Counted from the first letter of the stretch, positions 7,375 through 17,970 are shown. The stretch is 64,000 bases of DNA from an uncultured bacterium (GCA_949285325.1 CASDYZ010000025.1:1450-65449), one strand, 5' to 3'. Program-made: numbers and translations. Notes: generated by a model from the letters alone, not told the origin.

Positions 7375-10200
7375 ATGGAAAGCAAAATTATTATTAAAGG
7401 TGCACGAGAAAATAATTTAAAAAACATAGACTTAGAAATACCTAAAAATAAATTGATTCTTTTCACTGGTTTGTCGGGAAGTGGTAAAACCACACTTGCG
7501 TTTGACACTATTTTTGCTGAAGGTCAAAGAAGATATGTAGAATCATTATCTAGCTATGCAAGACAATTTTTAGGTAATTTTGAAAAACCTGATGTCGATT
7601 CAATAGAGGGACTATCTCCATCTATATCAATCGATCAAAAAACAGTTTCACACAATCCTCGCTCTACTGTTGGAACAGTTACAGAAATATATGATTATTT
7701 AAGACTTTTATTTGGTCGAATTGGTATACCATACTGCCCTAACCATAATGAACCTATTATCTCTTTAACTAAAAGTGAAATGACTGATATAGTTTATTCT
7801 TATGGTGAAGGTAATAAAATTGTTATTCTTTCTCCAATAGTTCACCATGAAAAAGGGGCACAAAAAGACACGTTAAATAAAATTAAAAATGCTGGTTTTG
7901 TAAGAGTTAGAGTAGATGGAGAGATGCTACATTTAGATGAAGTAGGGGAATTAGAAAAAAATAAAAAACACGACATCGATATAGTTGTCGATAGAATTGT
8001 CATTAAAAAAGAAATAAGAACAAGAATTTATGAATCGATAGAAACAGCACTAGATTGGTCACATGGTTTAATTATTCTTTTAAGCGGGCAAGAAGAGAGA
8101 CTTCTAAGTCAAAGACACACATGTAAGCACTGCGGATTTTCTGTTCCTAAAATTGAACCAAGATTATTTTCTTTTAATTCTCCTTTAGGATATTGTCCTG
8201 ACTGCAAGGGATTAGGTATTAAAAGAGAAGCTGATCCAGCTTTGTTAGTCCCTAATCCTAAACTTAGCATCAACCAAGGGGCCATCGATTTTTATAAAAA
8301 TCAAGTAGGCACTAAAAACTTAGATTGGCAAGAATTTAAACTCCTATGTGACTTATATAAAATACCACTTAACGTTCCATTTGAAAAACTAAGTGATGAA
8401 CAAAAAGATATTATTTTTAATGGTTCAAAAGAAGTTCATAAATATGTTTTAAAATCATCGAGTGGTAACACGACAAATAAATTTGGATATATCGAAGGTG
8501 TTAAAAGAAAAATAGAAAGACTTTACGCTGAAACGACAAGTGATTGGATGCGCGATTATTATGAAAAATTTATGAAAGATAGAGAGTGTCAAACTTGCCT
8601 TGGTGCGAGGCTTTCTAAAGTTGCTTTATCAGTTAAAGTAGACGGAAAAAACATATATGAAGTTGCTTCTATGCAAATAAAAGACTTGTATGCATTTATT
8701 AAGCAATTACCTGAAAAACTATCTAAAACTCAATTAGAAATTGCAAATTTAGTATTAAAAGAAATTGAAAATAGAACAAAATTTTTAATGGATGTTGGAT
8801 TAGAATATCTCACGTTATCTCGTATGGCTTTAACTTTGAGTGGTGGTGAATCACAAAGGATAAGATTATCTACTCAAATAGGTTCTAAATTATCTGGCGT
8901 CCTTTATGTTTTGGATGAACCTTCTATTGGTCTACACCAAAAAGATGGAGAAAAATTAATAACAACTTTAAAGGAAATGGTTGATTTAGGTAATACTTTA
9001 ATTGTGGTTGAACACGATGAAGAAATAATTAGGTCTGCTGATTATATAGTCGATATCGGCCCCGGCGCGGGCGTGCATGGCGGTGAGATTGTCGCCTGTG
9101 GTAGTTTAGAGGATATCGAACAAAGCGATAGAAGTATCACTGGTCAATATTTATCTGGTAAAAAGAAAATCCCATTACCTATAAAAAGAAGAAAGGGAAC
9201 AGGCAAATACATAAAAATTAAAGGGGCAAAATGTCACAATCTTAAAAATATTAATGTCAATATTCCTCTTGGAAAATTTATCGCGGTGACAGGTGTGTCT
9301 GGTTCTGGTAAATCGACATTGATCAATCAAACTTTGTACAATTATTTAAAAAAAGAATTATATAATGTTGAAACTTATCCAGGTGAAGTGAAGGCTATTG
9401 AAGGGATAGAAAATATTGATAAAGTCATCAATGTTTCACAAGAGCCTATCGGGAGAACTCCAAGGAGCAACCCCGCGACATATGTCAAAGTATTTGATGA
9501 TATACGCGCGTTATTTGCTGAGACAATTGAGGCTAAAACTAGAGGATTTGACAAAGGTAGATTTTCATTTAATGTCACTGGCGGGAGATGTGAAACTTGC
9601 CAAGGTGCAGGAGTTACTAGAATACCGATGAATTTTTTACCTGATGTCTATATTAAATGTGAATCCTGTGGAGGGAAGAGATACAACGACGAAACGCTTC
9701 AAGTAACATACAAGGGCAAAAATATTTATGAAGTGTTAGAGATGACGGTTGAAGACGCGCTTAAATTTTTCTCAAATAGACCATCAATTGAGAAAAAGTT
9801 ACAAACTCTTTATGATGTTGGGTTAGGTTATATCAAATTAGGACAACCAGCCACAACAGTATCAGGAGGAGAAGCACAAAGAGTCAAATTGGCGTATGAA
9901 CTTCAAAGAAAGCCAACTGGTAAAACACTTTATATCTTAGATGAACCGACAACTGGTCTACATCAAGATGATGTTAAAAAGTTATTAGATGTGCTCAATA
10001 GACTTGTGGATCACGGCGACGCAGTTTTAGTAATTGAACACAACTTAGATGTCATTAAAGTTGCTGATTATATTATCGATTTAGGCCCTAATGGCGGGGA
10101 TGGTGGAGGAGAAGTTATCGCAAGTGGCACACCAGAAGAAGTCGCTTCCATCCATAATTCATATACCGGCCAGTATTTAAAGAGAATTTTAAATAAATAG
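7375..10200 (+). CDS. uvrA: excinuclease ABC subunit UvrA
   Basis: 941 aa; two ABC ATPase modules (GLSGSGKTTL and GVSGSGKSTL), zinc-finger Cys pairs, LSGGE signature twice. Confidence 0.95.
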   Translation: MESKIIIKGARENNLKNIDLEIPKNKLILFTGLSGSGKTTLAFDTIFAEGQRRYVESLSSYARQFLGNFEKPDVDSIEGLSPSISIDQKTVSHNPRSTVGTVTEIYDYLRLLFGRIGIPYCPNHNEPIISLTKSEMTDIVYSYGEGNKIVILSPIVHHEKGAQKDTLNKIKNAGFVRVRVDGEMLHLDEVGELEKNKKHDIDIVVDRIVIKKEIRTRIYESIETALDWSHGLIILLSGQEERLLSQRHTCKHCGFSVPKIEPRLFSFNSPLGYCPDCKGLGIKREADPALLVPNPKLSINQGAIDFYKNQVGTKNLDWQEFKLLCDLYKIPLNVPFEKLSDEQKDIIFNGSKEVHKYVLKSSSGNTTNKFGYIEGVKRKIERLYAETTSDWMRDYYEKFMKDRECQTCLGARLSKVALSVKVDGKNIYEVASMQIKDLYAFIKQLPEKLSKTQLEIANLVLKEIENRTKFLMDVGLEYLTLSRMALTLSGGESQRIRLSTQIGSKLSGVLYVLDEPSIGLHQKDGEKLITTLKEMVDLGNTLIVVEHDEEIIRSADYIVDIGPGAGVHGGEIVACGSLEDIEQSDRSITGQYLSGKKKIPLPIKRRKGTGKYIKIKGAKCHNLKNINVNIPLGKFIAVTGVSGSGKSTLINQTLYNYLKKELYNVETYPGEVKAIEGIENIDKVINVSQEPIGRTPRSNPATYVKVFDDIRALFAETIEAKTRGFDKGRFSFNVTGGRCETCQGAGVTRIPMNFLPDVYIKCESCGGKRYNDETLQVTYKGKNIYEVLEMTVEDALKFFSNRPSIEKKLQTLYDVGLGYIKLGQPATTVSGGEAQRVKLAYELQRKPTGKTLYILDEPTTGLHQDDVKKLLDVLNRLVDHGDAVLVIEHNLDVIKVADYIIDLGPNGGDGGGEVIASGTPEEVASIHNSYTGQYLKRILNK

Positions 10201-10262
10201 TGGAGTTTTATATTAAAAAATATAATAATGTTAAAAGAGTTTGTTAAAGAGAGGAAAATATT

Positions 10263-11828
10263 ATGGTAGGAACAGTATTCTTCTATATCGGACTAGCGTT
10301 AAGTCTAAGCTTATTTATATATTTATTAGTGTTTAATATTCGTTTTGTTAAAAATAAAATTATTCAAAAAGATTATAAAAAACAATTGATAAAGTCATCG
10401 TACATTTCTATTGGATTTGTCGTTTCATTTTTAATAATGATGATGTCGGTATATTCTGCAAATGGGATGAATGATGTCGCGTGGTATCATTATTTATGTT
10501 CTATTTTTGGTTCAATATTCACAAGCGCGACTTTCATAATATTTATCACAACTTTTATTCTTCATTATTACGATACAGAAAAAAATAAAACATTAGATAA
10601 ATGGCTCTACCGCACGATGATCGCGTGCATCCCTTTATTTATTGTTTTCCTTTTCATTATGAGTGAAGGATATGCTCATTATTTAAATTATCCACTCATC
10701 AATGGTATTTATTTTGGAAGTGAAGGAGTGCACTGGGCTAGTCCTAGTGGGCAGTACTCACCAACCATCGCCTTCTATGCGATTGCGATATTATCTGGCG
10801 CTTTATTTGTCTATTTCCTATGTGACCACAAAATGTATAAACAATATGGAAAACATGGTCTAGTAGAATCGACATTTTTAGTCGCTTTTCCTTCAGGTAT
10901 AATCGGTGCTAGATTATTTTACGTCATCGGCAACTGGGAACTTGAATTTGCCGGGAGAGATTGGACTAAAGTATTCGCAATTCACAATGGTGGATTGACT
11001 ATTTTAGGTGGAGCGATCGTTGGTATTGTCGTCGGTGTCTTATGGTTTATGTGGCGTAATAAAGGATATAGTATTTGGGTGGCGGTAGATGTTATCGTCC
11101 CTACTATTTTATTAGCCCAAGCTATTGGTAGATGGGGCAATTTCTTCAACTGTGAAGTTCATGGTGTCGCGGTTAGTGATTCTTACTGGAGATTCTTACC
11201 AACTATTATTTTAGAAAACTTAAGATATTCATCCGCTCATCCTGGTGTCGTATTAGAAGGACAAATATATGTTCCGTTATTTTTAATTGAAAGTATCGTC
11301 AATATATGTGGATATTTTGTCTTATCGTATTTATTTGGCAAAGTATTAAGAAAATATACTGATTTTGGTGACTTAGCTTTTGGATATGTTATTTGGTATG
11401 GTTTGACTAGAACATTTATGGAACCACTCCGTGATGGTGCGTACAATATGGGTGTCGATGGATATTGGTCTTGGATTTGGTCGGTCGTATTCATTGGGGC
11501 TGGATTCTTATTAGTTATGATTAACCACATCGTTAGATATTATTTAGCGAAGAGAAAAAGAGAAAAAGAAGGCACATTGATTCAACCTTCTTCAATTAAA
11601 TCTATCTCAATCGGTTTAAGTGTATTCGCCGCTCTTACGATAATTTGTTTAGCTACAGGTGGGGCATTAATGGGCCTTAACGAGCATCCATTAGAACTCG
11701 TCTTTAACGCTTATAATATTGGACTTATCGTATTAGTATTTGGTATTTCTTTCTTCTTTATAAGTGCGATATTTGTACCTCATTTAATTGATTTAATCAA
11801 ATTTAATAAGAAACAAGTCAATGAATAA
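10263..11828 (+). CDS. lgt: prolipoprotein diacylglyceryl transferase Lgt with long N- and C-terminal membrane extensions
   Basis: Lgt signature GRWGNFFNCEVHG in a polytopic membrane protein. 521 aa, against about 270 aa for typical Lgt. Confidence 0.75.
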   Translation: MVGTVFFYIGLALSLSLFIYLLVFNIRFVKNKIIQKDYKKQLIKSSYISIGFVVSFLIMMMSVYSANGMNDVAWYHYLCSIFGSIFTSATFIIFITTFILHYYDTEKNKTLDKWLYRTMIACIPLFIVFLFIMSEGYAHYLNYPLINGIYFGSEGVHWASPSGQYSPTIAFYAIAILSGALFVYFLCDHKMYKQYGKHGLVESTFLVAFPSGIIGARLFYVIGNWELEFAGRDWTKVFAIHNGGLTILGGAIVGIVVGVLWFMWRNKGYSIWVAVDVIVPTILLAQAIGRWGNFFNCEVHGVAVSDSYWRFLPTIILENLRYSSAHPGVVLEGQIYVPLFLIESIVNICGYFVLSYLFGKVLRKYTDFGDLAFGYVIWYGLTRTFMEPLRDGAYNMGVDGYWSWIWSVVFIGAGFLLVMINHIVRYYLAKRKREKEGTLIQPSSIKSISIGLSVFAALTIICLATGGALMGLNEHPLELVFNAYNIGLIVLVFGISFFFISAIFVPHLIDLIKFNKKQVNE

Positions 11829-12474
11829 AAAATTAAAATATGAAATTATCCTTTTTGATATGGACGGCACACTCGCCGACACTGATGGGATTATATTAGA
11901 AACTTACCACGAACTTTTTAAATTGTATAACAAAGATAAAAACATAAGTGATGAGACAATATTGACCTTTTCTGGTCCACCTCTTAGTAAGACATTAAAG
12001 GAACAATTTCCTCATCTTGAATATGATTTTATCTATAAAGAATATATAAGAATTTCAACCCCAAAATATTATCAAATACTTAAAGGATATGAAGGGGAGA
12101 AAGACACATTAAAATATTTAAAAGATAATGGTGTTAAATTAGGCATTGTCACTAATAAAAGACATAATTTAAGCGAGGAATGCATTAAAATTTTAAATTT
12201 AGACGGGATTTTTGATGTCGTAATTGGTTCAGATGATGTTTTATTTCCTAAGCCAAATAAAGAAGGTATTTTAAAGGCATGTGATTATTTTAATTATCAT
12301 AATTTTGATAAAATACTTTATGTTGGTGATAACGATATCGACTTTGAAACTGCGAGTAATGCACACATTAAATGTGCACTTGTAACTTGGGGACCTCGCA
12401 AAATTAATAAAACATTGAAAGTTGATCACTTTATCGATAAATTTGAAAAATTGAAGGAGATAATTTATGAGTGA
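11821..12474 (+). CDS. ppaX: HAD-superfamily phosphatase, likely pyrophosphatase PpaX
   Basis: HAD motif I (FDMDGTLADTD) and a C-terminal GDNDID motif. The lgt-ppaX adjacency is conserved in Bacillus. Confidence 0.6.
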   Translation: MNKKLKYEIILFDMDGTLADTDGIILETYHELFKLYNKDKNISDETILTFSGPPLSKTLKEQFPHLEYDFIYKEYIRISTPKYYQILKGYEGEKDTLKYLKDNGVKLGIVTNKRHNLSEECIKILNLDGIFDVVIGSDDVLFPKPNKEGILKACDYFNYHNFDKILYVGDNDIDFETASNAHIKCALVTWGPRKINKTLKVDHFIDKFEKLKEIIYE

Positions 12475-13420
12475 AATAATTAAAATTAACATCGCGGTTA
12501 TTGGTCTAGGGCCTGCTGGTATTGGGGCGAGTGTCAAATTATTTGATGAAGGTATTGACTTTACTATTTTTAATAAAGGAATGCCAGGAGGAAAAGTTAA
12601 TATTTGTCCTCGAGTTGATAATTATCCAGGCTACACTAAAATACCAGGACCAGACTTAGCGTTTGCTTTATATCAAAGGATATTGGATAGAAAAATAAAA
12701 GTCATAAATAAAGAAGTTATATCCTTAACAAAAAATAATGATGATTTTGAATTAATATTAAGTGACAACAGCAAATATATCGCTAAATATGTCATTGTGG
12801 GAACTGGGACTAAAGAAAAACTAATCGGATTAAAAAACGAAGAAGAATTTTTAGGTAAAGGTATATCATACTGTTCAGTGTGCGATGGACATTTTTATAA
12901 AAACTTACCAGTCGCGGTGATAGGGGGAGGCAACGCCGCACTTAAAGAAGCGATCCATTTAAGTGAATTTGTGTCGCATTTATATGTCATCCATCGAAGA
13001 AATGAATTTAGAGGCTCGTTAAAAAATGTTGAAGAACTTAAAGAGAAGAAAAATGTCGAGATACTAACTCCTTATATTCCTCTTGAGATAATGGGGGAAA
13101 ATAAAGTTGAAGGACTTAAAATTCAAAATAAGGAAACAGGAGAAATTAAAGAATTAAAGATTGATGGTCTTTTCCCTCTTGTTGGGCAAAATCCAAATAC
13201 GACATTTATTAAAATCGACGGTGTAAAAGATGAATATAATACTATTCCAGTAAATTTAAAAACCATGGAAACTAACTGCCCTAACTTATTCGCGACAGGT
13301 GATGTTTTACCACGTTTATTAAGGCAAATATATCTATCAGAACATGACGGTGTAGTCGCTGCCCAAACTATAATTAATAGAATAAGAAATAAAAATAATA
13401 ATATAAAATTACACTTATGA
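12467..13420 (+). CDS. trxB: thioredoxin-disulfide reductase
   Basis: FAD GxGxxG motif (GLGPAGIGA), redox-active CSVCDG, second Rossmann motif GGGNAALKEA. Confidence 0.8.
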   Translation: MSEIIKINIAVIGLGPAGIGASVKLFDEGIDFTIFNKGMPGGKVNICPRVDNYPGYTKIPGPDLAFALYQRILDRKIKVINKEVISLTKNNDDFELILSDNSKYIAKYVIVGTGTKEKLIGLKNEEEFLGKGISYCSVCDGHFYKNLPVAVIGGGNAALKEAIHLSEFVSHLYVIHRRNEFRGSLKNVEELKEKKNVEILTPYIPLEIMGENKVEGLKIQNKETGEIKELKIDGLFPLVGQNPNTTFIKIDGVKDEYNTIPVNLKTMETNCPNLFATGDVLPRLLRQIYLSEHDGVVAAQTIINRIRNKNNNIKLHL

Positions 13421-13435
13421 GTGTATAATTACTAC

Positions 13436-14293
13436 ATGAGCAAATTAGTTATTTTAACTGGTCCAAGTGGTTCTGGTAGAAGTAGTGCGAGATATGTCTT
13501 TGAAGAATTAGGATATTTCGTATGTGAAAATGTTCCATCCGACGTCATTGAATCGTTAATTGAATCATTTAAAAAACGTATTAAGTATTGTCAAAAATTT
13601 CTTGTCTCAGTAAGTGTCCACGACGCGAGAAAAGTTTATGAAAGCGCGAAAAAATTTAATGATTTTGATGTGTCTTTGATACTTTTAGTGACAGAAAGAA
13701 AAGAACTCATAAAAAGATTTACTCTAACCCGACACGTTCACCCGAGAATTTTAATCGAAAAAACGACACTAAATAAAGCGATAGACGCTGATATAGAAGC
13801 TTCAAAACAGTTGAGTAATATTGCCGATATCGTCATCGATAATTCAAAAATGACAGTCAAAGATTTAAGACTTAGATTATACAATTATTTAGACGCGAGA
13901 GAAAACGGTTCTACTTATTTCAATTTCGTCTCTTTTGGGTTAAAAAACATCGCCCCGAGCGATGTCGATTTGCTTTTTGATGTAAGAATTATACCTAATC
14001 CATATTGGGTTGAAGAACTTAGATCCCTTTCAGGTTTAGACGATAAAGTAATAAAATATTTACAATCTTTTCCCACCACTAAACAATTAGAAAATAAAAT
14101 TATTGATTATTTAGATTTTTATCTACCTAAAGTTGTTGAATCAGGGAGAGCCTCATACAATATTGGTGTTTGCTGTTCTGGTGGTCAACATCGTTCGGTA
14201 TATATCGCCCAAGTCCTACACGACCATTTTGCAAATAAATATAAAGTGAGCATTACACATAGAGATATCGATAGAATAGAGGAAAGAAAATAA
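13436..14293 (+). CDS. rapZ: RNase adapter protein RapZ (YvcJ family, P-loop)
   Basis: N-terminal MSKLVILTGPSGSGRS P-loop; conserved position upstream of whiA. Start moved to the ATG that gives the canonical N-terminus. Confidence 0.8.
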   Translation: MSKLVILTGPSGSGRSSARYVFEELGYFVCENVPSDVIESLIESFKKRIKYCQKFLVSVSVHDARKVYESAKKFNDFDVSLILLVTERKELIKRFTLTRHVHPRILIEKTTLNKAIDADIEASKQLSNIADIVIDNSKMTVKDLRLRLYNYLDARENGSTYFNFVSFGLKNIAPSDVDLLFDVRIIPNPYWVEELRSLSGLDDKVIKYLQSFPTTKQLENKIIDYLDFYLPKVVESGRASYNIGVCCSGGQHRSVYIAQVLHDHFANKYKVSITHRDIDRIEERK

Positions 14294-14294
14294 A

Positions 14295-15257
14295 ATGGAA
14301 AATAGTCCATATTCTTTCACTCGTCAAATTAAAGAAGAAATAATTGAAAATACAAATATTTCAAAAGATAGAATGCACGCGCTTCTATCTGCTTTTATAC
14401 GTATTAACGGAAGATTAGTTATCAGAAAAAATAACACTATACTAATAATGAATACTCAATTAGCTAAAGTAGCTAAATTTATATACACTCAACTCAACAA
14501 ATTGTTTGATATTGAGATAGAACTTTATTATAAAAGCGAGACTAAGTTCAAAAAGAAAACTAATTACACAATAACAGTAGTTAAAAACGCTGATACAGTT
14601 TTAGAACAATTAAAAATAAGTTTCTTAGAAGGGAAAATCGATAAGACATTAATCGATACTAGCGACGAGATTGCCGGATATCTTTCAGGAGCATTTCTAG
14701 CCAGTGGTTCTTGTAATTCTCCTTCGACGAGCAATTACCACCTTGAGATAAGTGTAAATTATTTAAATTACGCAAATTGGTTAAAAAAACTTTTTCCAAA
14801 ATCTAAAGCTAATTTAGATGAGCCAAAAATTGCTTCTAGAAGAAATAATTTCGTATTATATTTTAAAAAAAGTAATCAAATCGCCCTTTTTTTAATCGTT
14901 ATTGGCGCGGTTAATTGTTGCATGGACTTTGAGAATGTAAGAGCGGATAGAGACTTATTTAATTCGCTTAATCGCGTTTCTAATTTCGACACCGCCAATA
15001 TGAAAAAGACGGTTGAGAACGCCACTAAGCAAGTGGAAGAAATCAAATTGATAGATAAGAAATTAGGTATTGACAATATTAAAAATGAAAAGATGAAATT
15101 GCTATGTAAAATTAGACTTGATAACGAATCATCTTCTTATAAAGAACTTGCGTCCATTTTATCTAAACAATTAAATAAGACATTTACTAAATCAAGTGTC
15201 AATCATTTATTTAGATCGATACATGAACTATATGGGAGGCTATCTAATGGCGATTAA
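14295..15257 (+). CDS. whiA: DNA-binding protein WhiA
   Basis: Length and C-terminal HTH consistent with WhiA; synteny with rapZ. Confidence 0.75.
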   Translation: MENSPYSFTRQIKEEIIENTNISKDRMHALLSAFIRINGRLVIRKNNTILIMNTQLAKVAKFIYTQLNKLFDIEIELYYKSETKFKKKTNYTITVVKNADTVLEQLKISFLEGKIDKTLIDTSDEIAGYLSGAFLASGSCNSPSTSNYHLEISVNYLNYANWLKKLFPKSKANLDEPKIASRRNNFVLYFKKSNQIALFLIVIGAVNCCMDFENVRADRDLFNSLNRVSNFDTANMKKTVENATKQVEEIKLIDKKLGIDNIKNEKMKLLCKIRLDNESSSYKELASILSKQLNKTFTKSSVNHLFRSIHELYGRLSNGD

Positions 15258-15477
15258 TTTAGATGTAAATACACAGCTTGGTATGAGGATAAGATATTTA
15301 AGAAAGCAAAAACATCTTTCGATTGAAGATTTATCTTTGCAAGCTAATATTAACCGTAATTACATAAGCGACCTCGAAAGAGGAAAAAGAAATCCAACGA
15401 CAAAAATACTATCTAAAATTTGTCGTGTTTTAGATTGCTCTTTGGAATTTTTATTTCAAGGAATAGATGTGCTTTAA
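15247..15477 (+). CDS. XRE-family helix-turn-helix transcriptional regulator
   Basis: The sequence IRYLRKQKHLSIEDLSLQANINRNYISDLERGKRNPT is a classic Cro/C1 HTH. I prefer the ATG at 15247, which overlaps the whiA stop. Confidence 0.65.
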   Translation: MAINLDVNTQLGMRIRYLRKQKHLSIEDLSLQANINRNYISDLERGKRNPTTKILSKICRVLDCSLEFLFQGIDVL

Positions 15478-15655
15478 ATCAGTAAAAGCGTTGATACACA
15501 ATAACTCTACTTTTAGTAGAATAGGTTTTTTCTTATGTAGAGAAAATTAATATATCAGTAGGATTTTTTTTATCGATATTTAATTAAAATAAATATGCCT
15601 ATGAATAGGTGGTTTTATTAAACTCGATTTTAAAAATAATTAAGGAGTATTTATT

Positions 15656-16543
15656 ATGAAAACTTTTCAAATAATATCTGATGGTTCATGTGATTTAAAC
15701 AGTACATTATTAAAAGAAAACGATATTGATATCGTACCTTTTACAGTTAGTTTTGATAAAGAACATTCTTTAAAAGAAAATGTCGATATATCGACAAATG
15801 ATTTTTATAAAAAGTTAATTGATAATCCTGATGTCTTTCCTTATTCAGCTTGCCCATCAATAAAAGAATATTATGATGTGTTTGTTAAATATATTAAACA
15901 AGGATTATCGGTTATTTGCATTTGCATCACTCAAAAATTTTCTGCTTCTTATTCAGTGGCACTGATGGCTAGACAACAAATAGTAGAAGATTTTAAAGAC
16001 GCGAAAATTGATGTTATAGACTGCCGATGTAACACTGTTTTACAAGGCTTAATTGTTTTAGAGGCGGCGAGAATGCAAAAGGCAGGTAAATCATTTGAAG
16101 AAGTATCTTTAATGGTAAACAATACGACGGGCTCAAGAATTTATTTCACCGTTTCTAATTTAAAATATTTAGAACACGGAGGTCGTATTGGTAAACTTAC
16201 CGCGGTAGTGGGTAAATTATTTCAAATAAATCCAATTATCGTATTAAAGCATGGAGAAATCTTTTCTGGTGGTATCGCGATTAAAAGGAAACGGGCGTTA
16301 TCAAGTATAATAAAAAAGACTAAAGAATATTTTAATAAAAACAAATTTAAATATGATGATTTTAGATTTGTTATTGGGTATGGCTACGATAAAGATGAGG
16401 CACTTAATTTTAAAAGTGAAGTTGAAAAAGAATTAGGTATAAACTGTGAATTATCTCAAATTGGTATAACAATTGCTGTCCATACTGGACCTGAACCAAT
16501 CGGACTTGCTTTTGTTAGAAAATTTGACCATCAACAACAATAA
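15656..16543 (+). CDS. DegV family fatty-acid-binding protein
   Basis: N-terminal DegV pattern (IISDGSCDL ... IVPFTV) and about 295 aa. Confidence 0.8.
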   Translation: MKTFQIISDGSCDLNSTLLKENDIDIVPFTVSFDKEHSLKENVDISTNDFYKKLIDNPDVFPYSACPSIKEYYDVFVKYIKQGLSVICICITQKFSASYSVALMARQQIVEDFKDAKIDVIDCRCNTVLQGLIVLEAARMQKAGKSFEEVSLMVNNTTGSRIYFTVSNLKYLEHGGRIGKLTAVVGKLFQINPIIVLKHGEIFSGGIAIKRKRALSSIIKKTKEYFNKNKFKYDDFRFVIGYGYDKDEALNFKSEVEKELGINCELSQIGITIAVHTGPEPIGLAFVRKFDHQQQ

Positions 16544-16545
16544 CT

Positions 16546-16570
16546 AAAAGGCGGGGTATCCGCTTTTTAT
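16546..16570 (+). terminator. rho-independent terminator after degV
   Basis: aaggcgg-ggtat-ccgcttttt hairpin followed by a T-run. Confidence 0.5.
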
Positions 16571-16598
16571 TTTATTTAAATAAATATACAATATTGAT

Positions 16599-17735
16599 AT
16601 GAAGAATTTTATTAAAAAACATTGTTTTATTTTTATACAACTCGTCATATCTTTAATATTTTTAATCATTTTAATCATTTTATCTTTAATAAAATTAAGC
16701 GTAAATGCTTCAGAATGGTACACGAGAAATATCTACAATTTATACTTAAATATATTTTCTCCTATCAATAGATTCATTCCTTTTTCTATAACAGAAATCG
16801 TCTTTATTTTATTTATATTAAGCATCGTTAGCCTTATTGTTGCTTGTGTTGTTTTACTAATTAAAAAAAGAAAAGAGCAAGCCTTACAAATTATTTTATT
16901 CATCCCTCTTTTATCTTTATTTGCACTAGATTTATATCAAGGCACCGCCGGGATAAGTTATTCTAGAAAGAGTCTACCTATTTCTTTATATGAAAATGAT
17001 GTAGCTAAAGACGATGCATTAAAAATAGTTAAATATTTTGTCGATGATTTTAATTATGTATCATCTTTACTCACTTACGACGAAAGTGGTGAAGTTATTT
17101 GTCCATATTCATACGAAGAACTTAACGATATTTTATTAGATGAATATTGTAAAATAGAGTCATCCTATTTAATTGGTTCTAATTACAACACCAAGAAAAT
17201 GCTTTTTCCAACTTTATATAGTGAATTTCATATCACCGGCATGTTCTTTTCCATAACTACTGAAAGTATAATTAATTACTATATACCTAACAGTGATTTA
17301 CCTTTCACTATGCTACACGAACTTTCACATTCAAGAGGTATATTAAGAGAAGATGACGCCCAACTTATGGCGGCATTCATCTCCCTTTCTAGCGATATAC
17401 CATTTGTTAAATATTCAGGGTATATGAACACTATTTATTCAATGCTTAATCTCGCTAGACTTATCGATGAGGAAGAAGGTATAAAAATAAATAATTCTTT
17501 AAGAGAAGAAATATTTCTTGACTCACAATATTCTTCTAACTTTTGGAACAAATACCACACCTTAAATGACATCGCGACCTTCTTTAATGATTTATATTTA
17601 AAACTATTTTCAAATGATGATACTTCTAGTTATATTGATGAGCCACCCGTGGTAAATCCAGATGGGAAAATATCATATTCAACATATCAAAAATTATATT
17701 TTGCTTTTTATTTTGAAACTATATCTTTCTCTTAA
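16599..17735 (+). CDS. membrane protein with HExxH zinc-peptidase motif (DUF3810-like)
   Basis: Two N-terminal TM helices, then TMLHELSHSRG (HExxH) in an extracytoplasmic domain. Confidence 0.45.
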   Translation: MKNFIKKHCFIFIQLVISLIFLIILIILSLIKLSVNASEWYTRNIYNLYLNIFSPINRFIPFSITEIVFILFILSIVSLIVACVVLLIKKRKEQALQIILFIPLLSLFALDLYQGTAGISYSRKSLPISLYENDVAKDDALKIVKYFVDDFNYVSSLLTYDESGEVICPYSYEELNDILLDEYCKIESSYLIGSNYNTKKMLFPTLYSEFHITGMFFSITTESIINYYIPNSDLPFTMLHELSHSRGILREDDAQLMAAFISLSSDIPFVKYSGYMNTIYSMLNLARLIDEEEGIKINNSLREEIFLDSQYSSNFWNKYHTLNDIATFFNDLYLKLFSNDDTSSYIDEPPVVNPDGKISYSTYQKLYFAFYFETISFS

Positions 17736-17779
17736 ATTTGTGCTAAAATTTAATTACTTATTTAACGGAGGAATTTTCA

Positions 17780-17920
17780 ATGGCGGATGAAAATAAAAAA
17801 GTTCGTAAATTTCGCTGTTTAGTATGCGGATACGTATATGAAGGCGAAGAACTTCCAGAAGATTTTGTTTGCCCAGTATGTGGACAACCTGCTTCAGTAT
17901 TTGAAGAAATAGAAGATTAA
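17780..17920 (+). CDS. rubredoxin (46 aa)
   Basis: My own translation: [46 protein letters not shown], with two CxxC pairs. AGGAG RBS 8 nt upstream. Missing from the ORF track because it is under 60 aa. Confidence 0.8.
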   Translation: MADENKKVRKFRCLVCGYVYEGEELPEDFVCPVCGQPASVFEEIED

Positions 17921-17970
17921 TTTATTTTTGTTCACTTTATCAATTATCATTGTTGAAAAGGGGTGATAAT

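Noticed and set aside
7287-7508. 73-aa minus-strand ORF overlapping the uvrA start
   Set aside because: It overlaps the uvrA promoter and N-terminus, its translation is hydrophobic low-complexity, and it lacks an RBS. Likely spurious.
9375-9631. Small ORFs on both strands inside uvrA
   Set aside because: They are internal to a well-supported 941-aa UvrA reading frame. No independent support.
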